DNA of 64,000 nt. It comes from Nitrospirota bacterium. GTDB taxonomy: Bacteria > Nitrospirota > Thermodesulfovibrionia > Thermodesulfovibrionales > Dissulfurispiraceae. The notes below the pieces were generated by a model. The model was given only the letters and a program-made list of their open reading frames with translations, did not search any database and had not been told where the DNA came from. Location of the stretch: positions 59,187 to 123,186 of the forward strand of contig CAWHNC010000090.1 in assembly GCA_963830245.1 (NCBI GenBank), written 5' to 3'. Numbering within the stretch: the first letter of the stretch is position 1; every line of letters starts with the position of its first letter. The position numbers and the translations under genes were made by a program. Below are positions 37,132 through 47,020 of the stretch, one piece after another.

Positions 37132-38607
37132 ATGAACGCTTTCCCACGACTGGTCATAGCGGGAGTGAGGGGCGGGAGCGGCAAGACAATACTCTCGCTC
37201 GCCATAATAGCCGGGCTGAGATCTCAAAAGGGGCTGAAGGTAGTCCCTTTTAAAAAGGGGCCTGATTACATTGACGCCGGTTGGCTTTCGGTCTCTGCTC
37301 AGAGGCCCTGTTATAACCTTGATCCCTTTTTTCTTTCCGGAGAAATGATCCTGAATTCCTTTGTCTCCCATGCGCGTGGTGATGTTGCAGTCATTGAGGG
37401 CAACAGGGGGTTGCATGACGGGATGGATGCCGGTGGTTCATATAGTACGGCCGAGTTGGCCAAGCTGTTGGCATCTCCCGTTGTCCTGGTAATAGATTGC
37501 AGCAAGATGACCAGGACTGCTGCTGCAGTGGTGCTTGGGTGCATGCATCTGGACAGTGAGGTGGCGATAAAAGGAGTAGTGCTGAACCGTGTGGCAGGAG
37601 AGAGACATGAGCAAGTTGTTCGGGAATCGATCAACAGATATTGCTCGCTGCCGGTGGTTGGAGTGATCCCCAGACTCGCTGCCGACGACATCCCCGAGCG
37701 CCACATGGGACTGGTTCCCTACCAGGAGCATCCCGACACTGTAAAGGTCATTGCCCTTGCCGAAGAGATAGCGGGCAAGTATCTAGACATTGATGCAATA
37801 ACTAAAATCGCTATGGCTGCGGAGCCTTTGGAGAAAATGGGGGCAGCGCCCATTTTTTCTCCACAAATAGAAAAAAAAATGGGCGCTGTCCCTATTTTCT
37901 CCAGGGGGCTGGATGAGACTGTAAGAATAGGTGTTCTGCGCGACTCGGCGTTTCAGTTTTATTACCCTGAAAACTTTGAGGAACTTGAAAAGAGAGGCGC
38001 CGAAATCGTAGATATAAATGCATTGACCGATAGTCGTCTCCCGGATGTTGATGCCCTGTACATCGGAGGAGGTTTCCCTGAGACCAATGCCCTCCGGCTT
38101 GCCGGGAACACGGGATTCATAAACTCCATTCGAAATATGGCTGAAAGAGGTCTGCCTATTTACGCGGAGTGCGGAGGTTTAATGTTTTTAGGCGAAAGCA
38201 TCACTGTAGAAGGTGAAAAATACCCTATGGCCGGAGTATTTCCCATTACCTTTGAAATGAAGAAGAGACCTCAGGCTCATGGATACACCATTGTCGAGAT
38301 AGACAGGCCAAACCCCTTTTACCCGACTGGAACGTTACTGCGCGGGCATGAATTCCATTATTCCGAGGTTACGGGGATTGCGGAGGGGGCATTGCAATAT
38401 TCGGCATTTTCGATGCAGCGGGGCAAGGGAATAAAAGACAAAAGGGATGGCATTTGCGTCAATAATGTGCTTGGTACGTATACCCATGTACATGCCCTCG
38501 GCTCTCCTGAGTGGACCTCAGGGCTTATTAATTGCGCATTGAAGTTTAAAGAACAAAAAACAATTAACCACAGGGTGCACAGAGAAAAGTCAAAACATGA
38601 GATATAG
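37132..38607 (+). CDS. dsrN: cobyrinic acid a,c-diamide synthase family amidase (DsrN)
   Basis: VIAGVRGGSGKT P-loop and a C-terminal GATase domain with YAECGGLMFLG. Located inside the dsr locus. Confidence 0.85.
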   Translation: MNAFPRLVIAGVRGGSGKTILSLAIIAGLRSQKGLKVVPFKKGPDYIDAGWLSVSAQRPCYNLDPFFLSGEMILNSFVSHARGDVAVIEGNRGLHDGMDAGGSYSTAELAKLLASPVVLVIDCSKMTRTAAAVVLGCMHLDSEVAIKGVVLNRVAGERHEQVVRESINRYCSLPVVGVIPRLAADDIPERHMGLVPYQEHPDTVKVIALAEEIAGKYLDIDAITKIAMAAEPLEKMGAAPIFSPQIEKKMGAVPIFSRGLDETVRIGVLRDSAFQFYYPENFEELEKRGAEIVDINALTDSRLPDVDALYIGGGFPETNALRLAGNTGFINSIRNMAERGLPIYAECGGLMFLGESITVEGEKYPMAGVFPITFEMKKRPQAHGYTIVEIDRPNPFYPTGTLLRGHEFHYSEVTGIAEGALQYSAFSMQRGKGIKDKRDGICVNNVLGTYTHVHALGSPEWTSGLINCALKFKEQKTINHRVHREKSKHEI

Positions 38608-38724
38608 ATGTGAGAAATTAAGGAATATTCTTTTCTTTGCATTGTAAATTTTTTTCTCTGTGTTCTCGCTTAGAAAGCGCCTACTTTTGGCTGTGGTTTA
38701 TTTTGACGTGTTTTGAGGTGAAAG

Positions 38725-39786
38725 ATGATTAAGTACACTCCGGAATGCCCTTTCTGCGGGCGCCTTATCAGTCGTCCGGCTGAAATTAAGAGTGATCTCG
38801 GCAATGTGACCGGCGGGACATGTGAATGCAGTGCTGTGTACGTGTGCGACCCTACAGGCCATAATACCGGTGAAGCATTCTCGGAGGCGCTTGCACTGGC
38901 AAAGGGCGGCTGGCAGATCGATGGGATGGATGAGAGCGTGGATTACGAGACTTTTGACATTGATTACGATGAGAAAAGTCATCAGAGGATGTTCTCAAGA
39001 GGTCTCAAGAGTCTGTCAGGAAGACTTGTTTTTGTTAAATTGAAAGTGCAGCAGTTTGAAAATTCCTTGCCGGCCCCGACAACACCGGCTGCCGTGGATG
39101 TCAGTCGCCGGACAATCACCAAAGAGAGCAAAATGAATATAAAGGACAGGATAAAGGGGTTGCTTGAATTGCGGGCTTATGATCAGGTGGCGGATCTGGC
39201 CGGGCAGGACAAAAGCGCCATGAGATGGCTCATATCATTGTCATATGATAAAACAGATGTGATAAGCTGGAGGGCTATTGAGGCTGCCGGGGTGATTTCA
39301 CGGACTTTCTCGAAAGGAAGGATAGATATACTGCGCGAAACCATAAGACGGCTTTTATGGTCGATGGGCGAAGAATCCGGCGGCATTGGCTGGAGCGCAG
39401 CAGAAATGCTCGGCGAAATAGTTACGGGTGACCCTGACGCTTTTAATGACATTATTCCTATCCTCTGGTCTTTCAGGGAGGAAGAGATGTTCCGGGCAGG
39501 CATAGTCTGGGCGATGGGACGCATTGCTATGGTTCGGCCTGAACTGGTCGCATTTATTATTCAGGACCTGCCGGAGATGCTGGAAGACAGAAACCCGGTG
39601 GTCAGGGGCTATACTGTCCGGTTAATGGGCCTGCTGCCGGAAGCTTTAAATACAGGGGAAGTAAGACAGCTGATATCGAAACTTTTGGGCGATATGGCGC
39701 CGGTGCCGGTTTATTACGAGGGGGAATTGCTGTCAATAAGAGTCGGCGAGATCGCAGACGGGGTTCTGCATAAAGCGGTCATATAA
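38725..39786 (+). CDS. hypothetical protein: N-terminal Cys-rich zinc-ribbon-like module plus C-terminal HEAT/ARM-like repeats
   Basis: CPFCGRL...CECSAVYVCD, followed by repetitive helical segments (WRAIEAAG, LWSMGEESGGIGW, IVWAMGRIA, VRGYTVRLMG). Confidence 0.55.
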   Translation: MIKYTPECPFCGRLISRPAEIKSDLGNVTGGTCECSAVYVCDPTGHNTGEAFSEALALAKGGWQIDGMDESVDYETFDIDYDEKSHQRMFSRGLKSLSGRLVFVKLKVQQFENSLPAPTTPAAVDVSRRTITKESKMNIKDRIKGLLELRAYDQVADLAGQDKSAMRWLISLSYDKTDVISWRAIEAAGVISRTFSKGRIDILRETIRRLLWSMGEESGGIGWSAAEMLGEIVTGDPDAFNDIIPILWSFREEEMFRAGIVWAMGRIAMVRPELVAFIIQDLPEMLEDRNPVVRGYTVRLMGLLPEALNTGEVRQLISKLLGDMAPVPVYYEGELLSIRVGEIADGVLHKAVI

Positions 39787-39922
39787 TTTTATAATATTAT
39801 TTTATTTGACCTGAGAGCCTGTTCTATATTATCTTGATAAGTCCAAATGTCGTTTTTTTATCTAATTAATATTATAATATAAGATAACTTTAAAATTGCG
39901 GGAAAAAAAGGAGGAAAGCATT

Positions 39923-40258
39923 ATGGCTAATATTGAAGTTGCGGGTAAGCAAGTTGAGGTTGACGAGGATGGCTACATGGTTGATCTGGAGGATTGGAAT
40001 AAGGACATAGCGAGTTACATGGCTAAGGGTGACGGCCTTGATCTTACAGAGTCCCACTGGGAAATTATAAATTTCCTTAGAGAATATTATAAGAAATACC
40101 AGATAGCTCCCATGATAAAGATCCTTGTGAAAGAAATCGGAAAGGTCATGGGTCCTGACAAAGGCAATACAAAATATCTTTACGAACTTTTTCCGGACGG
40201 CCCTGCAAAGCAGGCTTGCAGATACGCAGGACTGCCGAAGCCTACAGGTTGCGTGTAA
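39923..40258 (+). CDS. dsrC: DsrC (TusE/DsrC/DsvC family)
   Basis: The C-terminal arm ...CRYAGLPKPTGCV carries both conserved cysteines. HWEIINFLREYY is also present. Confidence 0.9.
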   Translation: MANIEVAGKQVEVDEDGYMVDLEDWNKDIASYMAKGDGLDLTESHWEIINFLREYYKKYQIAPMIKILVKEIGKVMGPDKGNTKYLYELFPDGPAKQACRYAGLPKPTGCV

Positions 40259-40298
40259 ACCGGCAATGCACGCGCAACAATATAATCTAAAATAAAGA

Positions 40299-40340
40299 AA
40301 CAGGTAGGAGGCAGGGGTGGTTGTCTCTTACCTGTTTTTT
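40299..40340 (+). terminator. intrinsic terminator after dsrC
   Basis: aacaggtagga (40299-40309) pairs with tcttacctgtt (40326-40336) with one G-U, followed by tttt. Confidence 0.6.
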
Positions 40341-40360
40341 GCATTCCGGGTGGGAGGGAA

Positions 40361-40927
40361 ATGAATCTTATAGATCTCTTGTCAGAAAAGAGACCCGCCA
40401 TCTTGAAAAGGTGGCTTGATGTTACAGTTGATTATTACCCGGCCGAAACTTCACTTTTCTTAAAAAAACAAACGGACCAGTTTGCAAATCCTGTGGGCCA
40501 TACACTTGCGCAGGGAACTGAAGCCATTTTTGATGCCCTGCTTTGCGGAACTGATGCTGAAAAATCCGCTCCATTTCTCGACAGCATCATACGAATCAGG
40601 GCTGTTCAGGAAGGTTCTCCCTCCCGGGCCCTCGTCTTTATCTTTCTGTTAAAAGGGATAATAAGAGAGATACTCGGTCCTGCCGCGCAGGAGACAGCTG
40701 TGGCAGAAGAGTTGGCAGAACTCGATTCCAAGATCGATGCCATTGCCCTCCGTGCCTTCGACAGTTTCATTAAATGTCGTGAAAAAATCTATGAACTGAA
40801 AGCAAACGAAACTAAAAATATGACTTACAGGCTCCTTCAAAAAGCCCAGATGCTTTGCGAAATCCCCGGAGATGAGCCTGGGGTCAAGGGAGAACAACAG
40901 TGCGAAACCAAAACCATAAAGAGGTAG
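40361..40927 (+). CDS. DsrT-like protein (assigned by position upstream of dsrM)
   Basis: 188-aa soluble helical protein immediately 5' of dsrMKJOP. The assignment rests on position only. Confidence 0.4.
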   Translation: MNLIDLLSEKRPAILKRWLDVTVDYYPAETSLFLKKQTDQFANPVGHTLAQGTEAIFDALLCGTDAEKSAPFLDSIIRIRAVQEGSPSRALVFIFLLKGIIREILGPAAQETAVAEELAELDSKIDAIALRAFDSFIKCREKIYELKANETKNMTYRLLQKAQMLCEIPGDEPGVKGEQQCETKTIKR

Positions 40928-40931
40928 CAAA

Positions 40932-41924
40932 ATGAAAACCCTATTCCCTTTGTTCGCAGTAATAATCCTGATTTTGCTTGTTAGTGCAGGCGTGCAGTTT
41001 GGTAACTTGCACTTCCTGTTTGGGGTCATTATCCCGTATGCAGCCTTGGCGACATTCGTTGCAGGGATAATTTATCGTGTTGTGAAATGGGCCGGCTCTC
41101 CGGTGCCGTTTTGCATACCGACCACATGCGGACAGCAGAAATCACTCCCCTGGATTAAACAGAGCAAACTCGAAAATCCTTCGAGCATGCTTGGGGTCAT
41201 AGGCCGAATGGCCCTGGAAGTGTTCTGTTTCCGGTCTCTTTTCAGGAATGTCAAAACTGAAATGAGACATGGGCCAAAGGTCACTTACGGCTCCGACAAA
41301 TGGCTCTGGCTTGCAGGACTGGCGTTCCACTGGTCTTTCCTGATAATACTCATCAGGCATTTCAGGTTTTTCTCTTTGAAGGTGCCTTTTCTGCTTCATG
41401 TAGTCGAAAGTCTGGATAGTTTTATGCAAATAGGCGTTCCCCTGCTCTATATGACTGATGTCGTGCTTGTAGTTTCTGTAACCTATCTTTTTATAAGAAG
41501 AGTAACTATCCCCCAAGTGCGCTATATCTCTCTTCCGGCGGACTACTTTCCTCTTTTCCTCATTCTGGGCATTGCCTGCACCGGTATAATGATGCGCTAC
41601 TTTACAAAGGTTGCCCTTGTCAGTGTTAAGGAGTTGTCAATGGGGCTCATAAGCTTCAACCCGGTGGTACCCGATGGAATAGGAGTTATTTTTTACATAC
41701 ACCTTTTCCTTATCAGTGTCCTGTTTGCCTATTTCCCGTTCAGCAAGCTGGTGCACATGCCAGGGGTTTTCCTCAGCCCGACAAGGAATATGATCAATAA
41801 CAGCCGCATGGTAAGGCACGTGAACCCATGGAACTACCCTGTGCATGTCCATACCTATGAGGAATATGAAAATGATTTCAGGGAGAAAATGAAAACGGCT
41901 GGAATCCCGGTCGATAAGGAGTAG
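40932..41924 (+). CDS. dsrM: DsrM (NarI-like membrane di-heme b protein)
   Basis: Multi-TM protein with conserved His residues, first gene of the MKJOP set. Confidence 0.85.
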   Translation: MKTLFPLFAVIILILLVSAGVQFGNLHFLFGVIIPYAALATFVAGIIYRVVKWAGSPVPFCIPTTCGQQKSLPWIKQSKLENPSSMLGVIGRMALEVFCFRSLFRNVKTEMRHGPKVTYGSDKWLWLAGLAFHWSFLIILIRHFRFFSLKVPFLLHVVESLDSFMQIGVPLLYMTDVVLVVSVTYLFIRRVTIPQVRYISLPADYFPLFLILGIACTGIMMRYFTKVALVSVKELSMGLISFNPVVPDGIGVIFYIHLFLISVLFAYFPFSKLVHMPGVFLSPTRNMINNSRMVRHVNPWNYPVHVHTYEEYENDFREKMKTAGIPVDKE

Positions 41925-41926
41925 AC

Positions 41927-43549
41927 ATGGCTAAATTTACAGCAAAACCCAACGAGTTATCGAAAATAAATCTTATACCTCCCAAGACGGAATGGATGGA
42001 TACCCCTGTTGAAATAAAGGAACATATGTATTGCCATCCGGCAAAAGCTAAGGAGCTCAACGCGGTCGGGTTTCCCAACGCGAGGGAGTGGAAACCTACG
42101 GAAGAAGACTGGAAGCTGCCTGCGAACTGGGAGCAGACCATCCTGCAAGGAATGCAGGATCTGCTGAAAAAATATCGTTCCTTCAGTCTTTTCATGGACA
42201 TATGTGTCCGATGCGGGGCCTGTGCTGACAAATGCCATTTCTATATCGGCTCAGGGGACCCAAAAAACATGCCCGTGCTAAGGGCCGAATTATTGCGGTC
42301 AGTCTACCGCGGCAACTTCACCCTTGCCGGGAAAATATTAAAAAAATTCGCTGGTGCGCGTGACCTCACCGTAAATGTGCTTAAAGAGTGGTGGTATTAT
42401 TTTTATCAGTGCACCGAATGCCGTCGCTGCTCTGTTTTCTGCCCTTACGGTATTGATCAGGCTGAAATCACCATGATGGGCAGGGAGCTTCTCAATCTGT
42501 TGGGGCTTAATATCGGCTGGATCGCCGGCCCGATCGCTGCTTGCTATATGAAAGGCAACCACCTCGGACTCGAACCTCATACAATAAAATCCTGTATTGA
42601 TCTCTTCTCGGAAGACATAGAAACGATCACCGGCATTAAAATAGAGCCGACCTTCAACCGGAAGGGAGCCGAAATACTTTTCGTCACCCCTTCGGGCGAC
42701 CTCTTTGCAAACCCGGGCACGTATACGGCGATGGGCTATATGATGCTGTTTCATGAACTCGGCCTCGATTACACCTGGAGCACCTATGCCTCAGAGGGAG
42801 GCAATTTCGGATTCTTCACCACAAATGAAATGGCGAAAAGACTAAATTCGAAGCTCTATGCTGAAGCGAAACGCCTTGGCGTAAAGTGGATACTCGGCGG
42901 AGAGTGCGGGCATATGTGGAGAGTGCTCCACCAGTACATGGACACATGGAACGGTCCGGCGGATTTTCTCGAAGAACCCGTCTCTCCCATAACAGGCACA
43001 AGGTTCGATAATGCAAAGTCGACGAAGATGGTGCATGTTGTCGAATTCACTGCCGACCTTATCAAAAACGGTAAACTTAAGCTGGACAAGAGCAGAAACG
43101 ATCACCTGAAGGTGACCTTTCACGACTCATGCAACACATCACGCGGTATGGGGCTGCTTGATGAGCCGCGGTATGTGATCAATAACGTCTGCAACCATTT
43201 TTATGAGATGCCTGAGAACACAATCAGAGAAAAAACCTTCTGCTGTGGAAGCGGTACGGGACTGAACGCCTCTGAGAACATGGAACTGCGTATGAGGGGC
43301 GGATTTCCTAGGGCCAACGCGGTGAAACACGTACATGATAAATACGGAGTTAATATGCTTGCCAACGTATGCGCGATTGACAGGGCTACCCTTTCGACCG
43401 CCATGGACTATTGGGTGCCGGGTGTAGGTGTGAGCGGGACACACGAACTTGTCGCCAACGCCCTTGTTATGAAAGGCGAAAAAGAGAGGACTCTTGATAT
43501 AAGGCTCGAACCCCTTCCCGGAAAAGAAGGCGCCGAGGAGGTAAACTGA
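41927..43549 (+). CDS. dsrK: DsrK (HdrD-like Fe-S protein with CCG domains)
   Basis: CVRCGACADKC, CTECRRCSVFCP, and CCG-type motifs (FHDSCN, CCGSGTG). Confidence 0.9.
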   Translation: MAKFTAKPNELSKINLIPPKTEWMDTPVEIKEHMYCHPAKAKELNAVGFPNAREWKPTEEDWKLPANWEQTILQGMQDLLKKYRSFSLFMDICVRCGACADKCHFYIGSGDPKNMPVLRAELLRSVYRGNFTLAGKILKKFAGARDLTVNVLKEWWYYFYQCTECRRCSVFCPYGIDQAEITMMGRELLNLLGLNIGWIAGPIAACYMKGNHLGLEPHTIKSCIDLFSEDIETITGIKIEPTFNRKGAEILFVTPSGDLFANPGTYTAMGYMMLFHELGLDYTWSTYASEGGNFGFFTTNEMAKRLNSKLYAEAKRLGVKWILGGECGHMWRVLHQYMDTWNGPADFLEEPVSPITGTRFDNAKSTKMVHVVEFTADLIKNGKLKLDKSRNDHLKVTFHDSCNTSRGMGLLDEPRYVINNVCNHFYEMPENTIREKTFCCGSGTGLNASENMELRMRGGFPRANAVKHVHDKYGVNMLANVCAIDRATLSTAMDYWVPGVGVSGTHELVANALVMKGEKERTLDIRLEPLPGKEGAEEVN

Positions 43550-43550
43550 A

Positions 43551-43949
43551 ATGTATAATAGCGGGAAAATAATAGCAGGACTTCTTGTCTTTGTAGCAAT
43601 AATCGCGTTCCCTTTTATCTATAGCATGGGAACGGATATTGTGAAGCCTGAACCTAAAATCGATACCCCTGTTATTCAGCAGATGGCTGTAAAGCAGTGC
43701 GTTGAGTCCAAGAATTTTATGAAAGCCGAGCATATGCAGCTGCTGAACAACTGGAGGGATGAAGTAGTTCGCGAGGGCAAAAGGGTTTATGTAGCTTCTG
43801 ACGGAAAACAATACAACATGAGCCTCCAAAATACTTGCATGCATTGCCATTCGAACAAAAAAGAGTTTTGTGACACCTGCCATAATTATATGGCTGTCAA
43901 GCCTTACTGCTGGGATTGTCATATCGCACCGAAGGAGAACAACTTATGA
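43551..43949 (+). CDS. dsrJ: DsrJ (triheme cytochrome c)
   Basis: N-terminal TM anchor and three CxxCH motifs: CMHCH, CDTCH and CWDCH. Confidence 0.8.
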   Translation: MYNSGKIIAGLLVFVAIIAFPFIYSMGTDIVKPEPKIDTPVIQQMAVKQCVESKNFMKAEHMQLLNNWRDEVVREGKRVYVASDGKQYNMSLQNTCMHCHSNKKEFCDTCHNYMAVKPYCWDCHIAPKENNL

Positions 43950-44764
43950 GTATGGACAGAAGGCAATTTCTAAGAATAGCTGGAATTTCGACCATATTGG
44001 GCATAGGGGCCGCAACAGGAGTCAACAGTCTCAGGCATGACGCTGCCGAGGCCTCGGAGTTTGAGCCCGGACCGGATGCATTAAAAGCAAAGCGCTGGGG
44101 CTTTGTCATTGATATGAGCAAGTTCAAGACTGATGAGGACTTCAAGAGGGTCATCCAGTCCTGTCACAGCATCCATAATGTCCCTGATTTCGGCAACGCC
44201 AAGGACGAGATAAAATGGATCTGGAAAGATACCTTTGAGCACGTATTCCCTGACCAGGAAGAGAAGTACAGGAGCGAGGAGATGAAAGAGAAGCCCTTTG
44301 TCGTTCTCTGCAACCACTGCGCCGAGCCTCCATGTGTAAGGGTATGTCCAACCAAAGCTACATTCAAGAGAGCTGACGGCATAGTCATGATGGATATGCA
44401 CCGCTGCATTGGCTGCAGGTTTTGCATGGCAGCCTGTCCTTACGGTTCGAGGAGTTTCAATTTCAGGGACCCCCGCGGCAAGGCCGAAAACGGGCAGCCT
44501 TTTATCAAAGAGCTTAATCCCGAATTCCCGACCCGCACCAAGGGTGTGGTTGAAAAGTGCACACTCTGCTATGAGCGGCTTGCCAAGGGACTCAAGCCGG
44601 CGTGTGTCGAAGCATCAAATGGCGGCATCATGTTCGGTGATCTGGAAGACCCGAATTCTGAGGTGAGACAACTTATCGGTAAACAATACACCATAAGGAG
44701 AAAGCCGGAGCTCGGAACTCAGCCCAGCATTTACTACATCATAGGAGGGAGCGAAAATGCTTGA
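43946..44764 (+). CDS. dsrO: DsrO (Tat-exported 4Fe-4S ferredoxin)
   Basis: MSMDRRQFLRIAG twin-arginine signal. CNHCAEPPCVRVCP, CIGCRFCMAACP and CTLCYERL. ATGA overlap with dsrJ. Confidence 0.85.
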   Translation: MSMDRRQFLRIAGISTILGIGAATGVNSLRHDAAEASEFEPGPDALKAKRWGFVIDMSKFKTDEDFKRVIQSCHSIHNVPDFGNAKDEIKWIWKDTFEHVFPDQEEKYRSEEMKEKPFVVLCNHCAEPPCVRVCPTKATFKRADGIVMMDMHRCIGCRFCMAACPYGSRSFNFRDPRGKAENGQPFIKELNPEFPTRTKGVVEKCTLCYERLAKGLKPACVEASNGGIMFGDLEDPNSEVRQLIGKQYTIRRKPELGTQPSIYYIIGGSENA

Positions 44765-45926
44765 AAGAGCGCTTACCGGTGGGAAAAGCTACTGGGGCTG
44801 GATAGTTTTATTACTTGGGATAATCGGCGTAGGCTTCATATGCTACCTGAAGCAGTTCACCTACGGGTTGGGCATCACCGGCCTGAGCAGGGATGTCAGT
44901 TGGGGGTTTTATATTGCACAGTTTACCTTCCTTGTCGGCGTGGCCGCATCCGCAGTGATGCTGGTCATACCATACTACCTGCATAATTACAAGAAATTCG
45001 GAAGAATAGTTATCCTCGGAGAGTTTCTGGCAATTGCGTCCGTTATCATGTGCATGCTGTTCATTTTTGTTGATATGGGGCAGCCGACGAGAGTTATGAA
45101 CGTTATGCTGCACCCGACTCCCAACTCGATTATGTTCTGGGACATGTGCGTCCTGCTTGGCTACCTCATCCTCAATCTGGTTATCGGATGGACCACGTTG
45201 GGCGCTGATCTTAAAGAGGTACCGCCGCCGGCATGGGTAAAACCGCTTATCTATCTGTCAGTTCCATGGGCGGTCAGCATTCACACCGTTACAGCTTTTC
45301 TCTATGCCGGTCTGCCGGGAAGAGAGCTTTGGCTTACCGCCATAATGGCAGCGCGGTTCCTTTCTTCGGCCTTTGCCGCAGGTCCTGCTCTTCTTATCCT
45401 GCTCGCCATGATCGTCAGGAAGCTCAGCAAGTTCGATCCGGGTAAAGAAGCCCTCCAGTCGTTGGCGAAAATAGTAACCTATGCAATGTCCGTCAACGTG
45501 TTTTTCTTTCTGCTTGAAGTGTTTACTGCATTTTACAGCAAGATACCTTCGCATATGGCCCCCATCAAATATCTCTTTGTCGGCCTTGATGGCCACACAA
45601 GACTGGTCCCATTTATGTGGACCGCCACTGTTCTTGCGTTCGTTGGACTTGTTTTGCTGATAAACCCGCATACCCGCAAGAACGAGGGCATCCTTCCTTT
45701 TGCACTTATCGCGGTATTCATTGCGTCCTGGATAGATAAGGGAATGGGCCTGGTAGTCGGCGGATTTGTTCCCAATCCGTTTGAGAGAGTTGTTGAGTAT
45801 TCGCCGACGGCTCCTGAGCTGCTTATTACCCTGGGAGTTTACTGCATTGGCGCTCTTGTCCTTACCGTTCTTTATAAGGTCGCTGTTTCGGTAAAGGAAG
45901 AAGTGGGCGAGTCGGCGCATCATTAA
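44757..45926 (+). CDS. dsrP: DsrP (NrfD/PsrC-like membrane protein)
   Basis: About 10 TM segments, overlaps the dsrO stop, last gene of MKJOP. Confidence 0.85.
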   Translation: MLERALTGGKSYWGWIVLLLGIIGVGFICYLKQFTYGLGITGLSRDVSWGFYIAQFTFLVGVAASAVMLVIPYYLHNYKKFGRIVILGEFLAIASVIMCMLFIFVDMGQPTRVMNVMLHPTPNSIMFWDMCVLLGYLILNLVIGWTTLGADLKEVPPPAWVKPLIYLSVPWAVSIHTVTAFLYAGLPGRELWLTAIMAARFLSSAFAAGPALLILLAMIVRKLSKFDPGKEALQSLAKIVTYAMSVNVFFFLLEVFTAFYSKIPSHMAPIKYLFVGLDGHTRLVPFMWTATVLAFVGLVLLINPHTRKNEGILPFALIAVFIASWIDKGMGLVVGGFVPNPFERVVEYSPTAPELLITLGVYCIGALVLTVLYKVAVSVKEEVGESAHH

Positions 45927-46001
45927 TTGGGAGTCGGCCAGTTTGATTTTTCAAACTGGGGCATTTTATAATATCAGGAAAAGGCGGGAGGTATTGCTGC
46001 A

Positions 46002-46187
46002 ATGTATATGGTTTCTGTTGATGCGGAGAAGTGTGAGGGCTGCGAGGAGTGCGTGAATATATGCCCGCAGGGTGTTTTTAGAATGGTTGATGCCAAGTCT
46101 GATCCCTATCAGACTGGTGAGTGCGTATTTTGTGAGAGTTGTATCGGCGTTTGCCCGACATCTACAATCGCGATAACCGAGATGTAA
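46002..46187 (+). CDS. small 2x[4Fe-4S] ferredoxin
   Basis: CEGCEECVNICP and CVFCESCIGVCP in 61 aa. Confidence 0.8.
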   Translation: MYMVSVDAEKCEGCEECVNICPQGVFRMVDAKSDPYQTGECVFCESCIGVCPTSTIAITEM

Positions 46188-46240
46188 GCTTTATTGCCGA
46201 TTTTCGGACCGTATAACACGCATACGCATAACACATAACA

Positions 46241-46297
46241 AAGGAGCCGGGCACTCAATACACCTCAAAGCAGTGTATATTGAGTGCCCGGCTCCTT
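46241..46297. terminator. bidirectional terminator between convergent operons
   Basis: ggagccgggcactcaata (46243-46260) pairs with tattgagtgcccggctcc (46278-46295), an 18-bp stem flanked by A- and T-rich sequence. Confidence 0.7.
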
Positions 46298-46324
46298 TGT
46301 ATGTTCTGCTCTGACAGGGCAGAT

Positions 46325-46576
46325 TTATTTTTTCTCTATAAATATCTCCCAGTAGCCTTTATCTTCCAGCTTTACCACCTCTATTCCATACCCCTTTTTT
46401 TCTGCAAACCTCGGGATGGAATCCTCAGCAGATGCAGGAGCGTCACAAAGGATTTTGAGGATCGCGCCCTCGGTCATTTTTTCGAGCTGTTTTTTCGTCA
46501 ATACCAGAGGATAGGGACAGACCCTGCCTAAGACGTCCAGAGTTTCCGTAGGTGTTTGCGTTTTTAAGTCAGCCAT
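46325..46576 (-). CDS. tusA: TusA-family sulfurtransferase
   Basis: LDVLGRVCPYPLV (Cys-Pro-x-Pro motif), 83 aa. Confidence 0.8.
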   Translation of the reverse strand: MADLKTQTPTETLDVLGRVCPYPLVLTKKQLEKMTEGAILKILCDAPASAEDSIPRFAEKKGYGIEVVKLEDKGYWEIFIEKK

Positions 46577-46605
46577 TTTTTATAAGCCTCCTGTTTATTT
46601 TTTTC

Positions 46606-47019
46606 TTAGCAAAAAAGAAGATGGTCCACTGACTCCATCGCCTTTTGGATTTCACTATAGGGCACAATCTTCGCTTTGGTTTCTCCCCCGATATCATCCG
46701 CATCCATTATCAGGGCGTCTTCCTTAATGCCTAATCTGTCGATGTCCTCTTTGCATATCAAGACATTCAAATCAAGGAGAAGGGAGTTTTTTACATGCTG
46801 TTCCAGACTGGTGATGCCATAATTCTTCATAGCTTGCTGGTTCTTCAGGCAATTAAGAACGCCGTCGCCAATAAAACAGACGACCGGTTCAACATTATCT
46901 CCGTCTTCCAGATATATTTCTACAGTTTGACTCGAAATAGCGTGGGTCATTGCAAGCCGTGAGCCTTCAATTTTATAAGGGAGCGTCCTGATAACAAATC
47001 CCAGTTTCTTTATCGCCAT
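46606..47019 (-). CDS. DsrE/DsrF-like family protein (DsrF-like position)
   Basis: 137 aa, FVIRTLPY...FIGDGVLN pattern, adjacent to a dsrE-like gene. Confidence 0.55.
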   Translation of the reverse strand: MAIKKLGFVIRTLPYKIEGSRLAMTHAISSQTVEIYLEDGDNVEPVVCFIGDGVLNCLKNQQAMKNYGITSLEQHVKNSLLLDLNVLICKEDIDRLGIKEDALIMDADDIGGETKAKIVPYSEIQKAMESVDHLLFC

Positions 47020-47020
47020 A

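Noticed and set aside
45258-45923. A 221-aa minus-strand ORF antisense to dsrP, together with similar antisense ORFs in dsrK, dsrA and dsrB.
   Set aside because: The sense genes have definitive motifs and operon context. The antisense products are basic and low-complexity with no signals.
46211-46240. Low-complexity gtataacacgcatacgcataacacataaca downstream of the ferredoxin gene, which shares ataacacgc with the 130-bp repeats.
   Set aside because: The shared word is only 9 nt. It is most simply part of the A/C-rich run leading into the bidirectional terminator.
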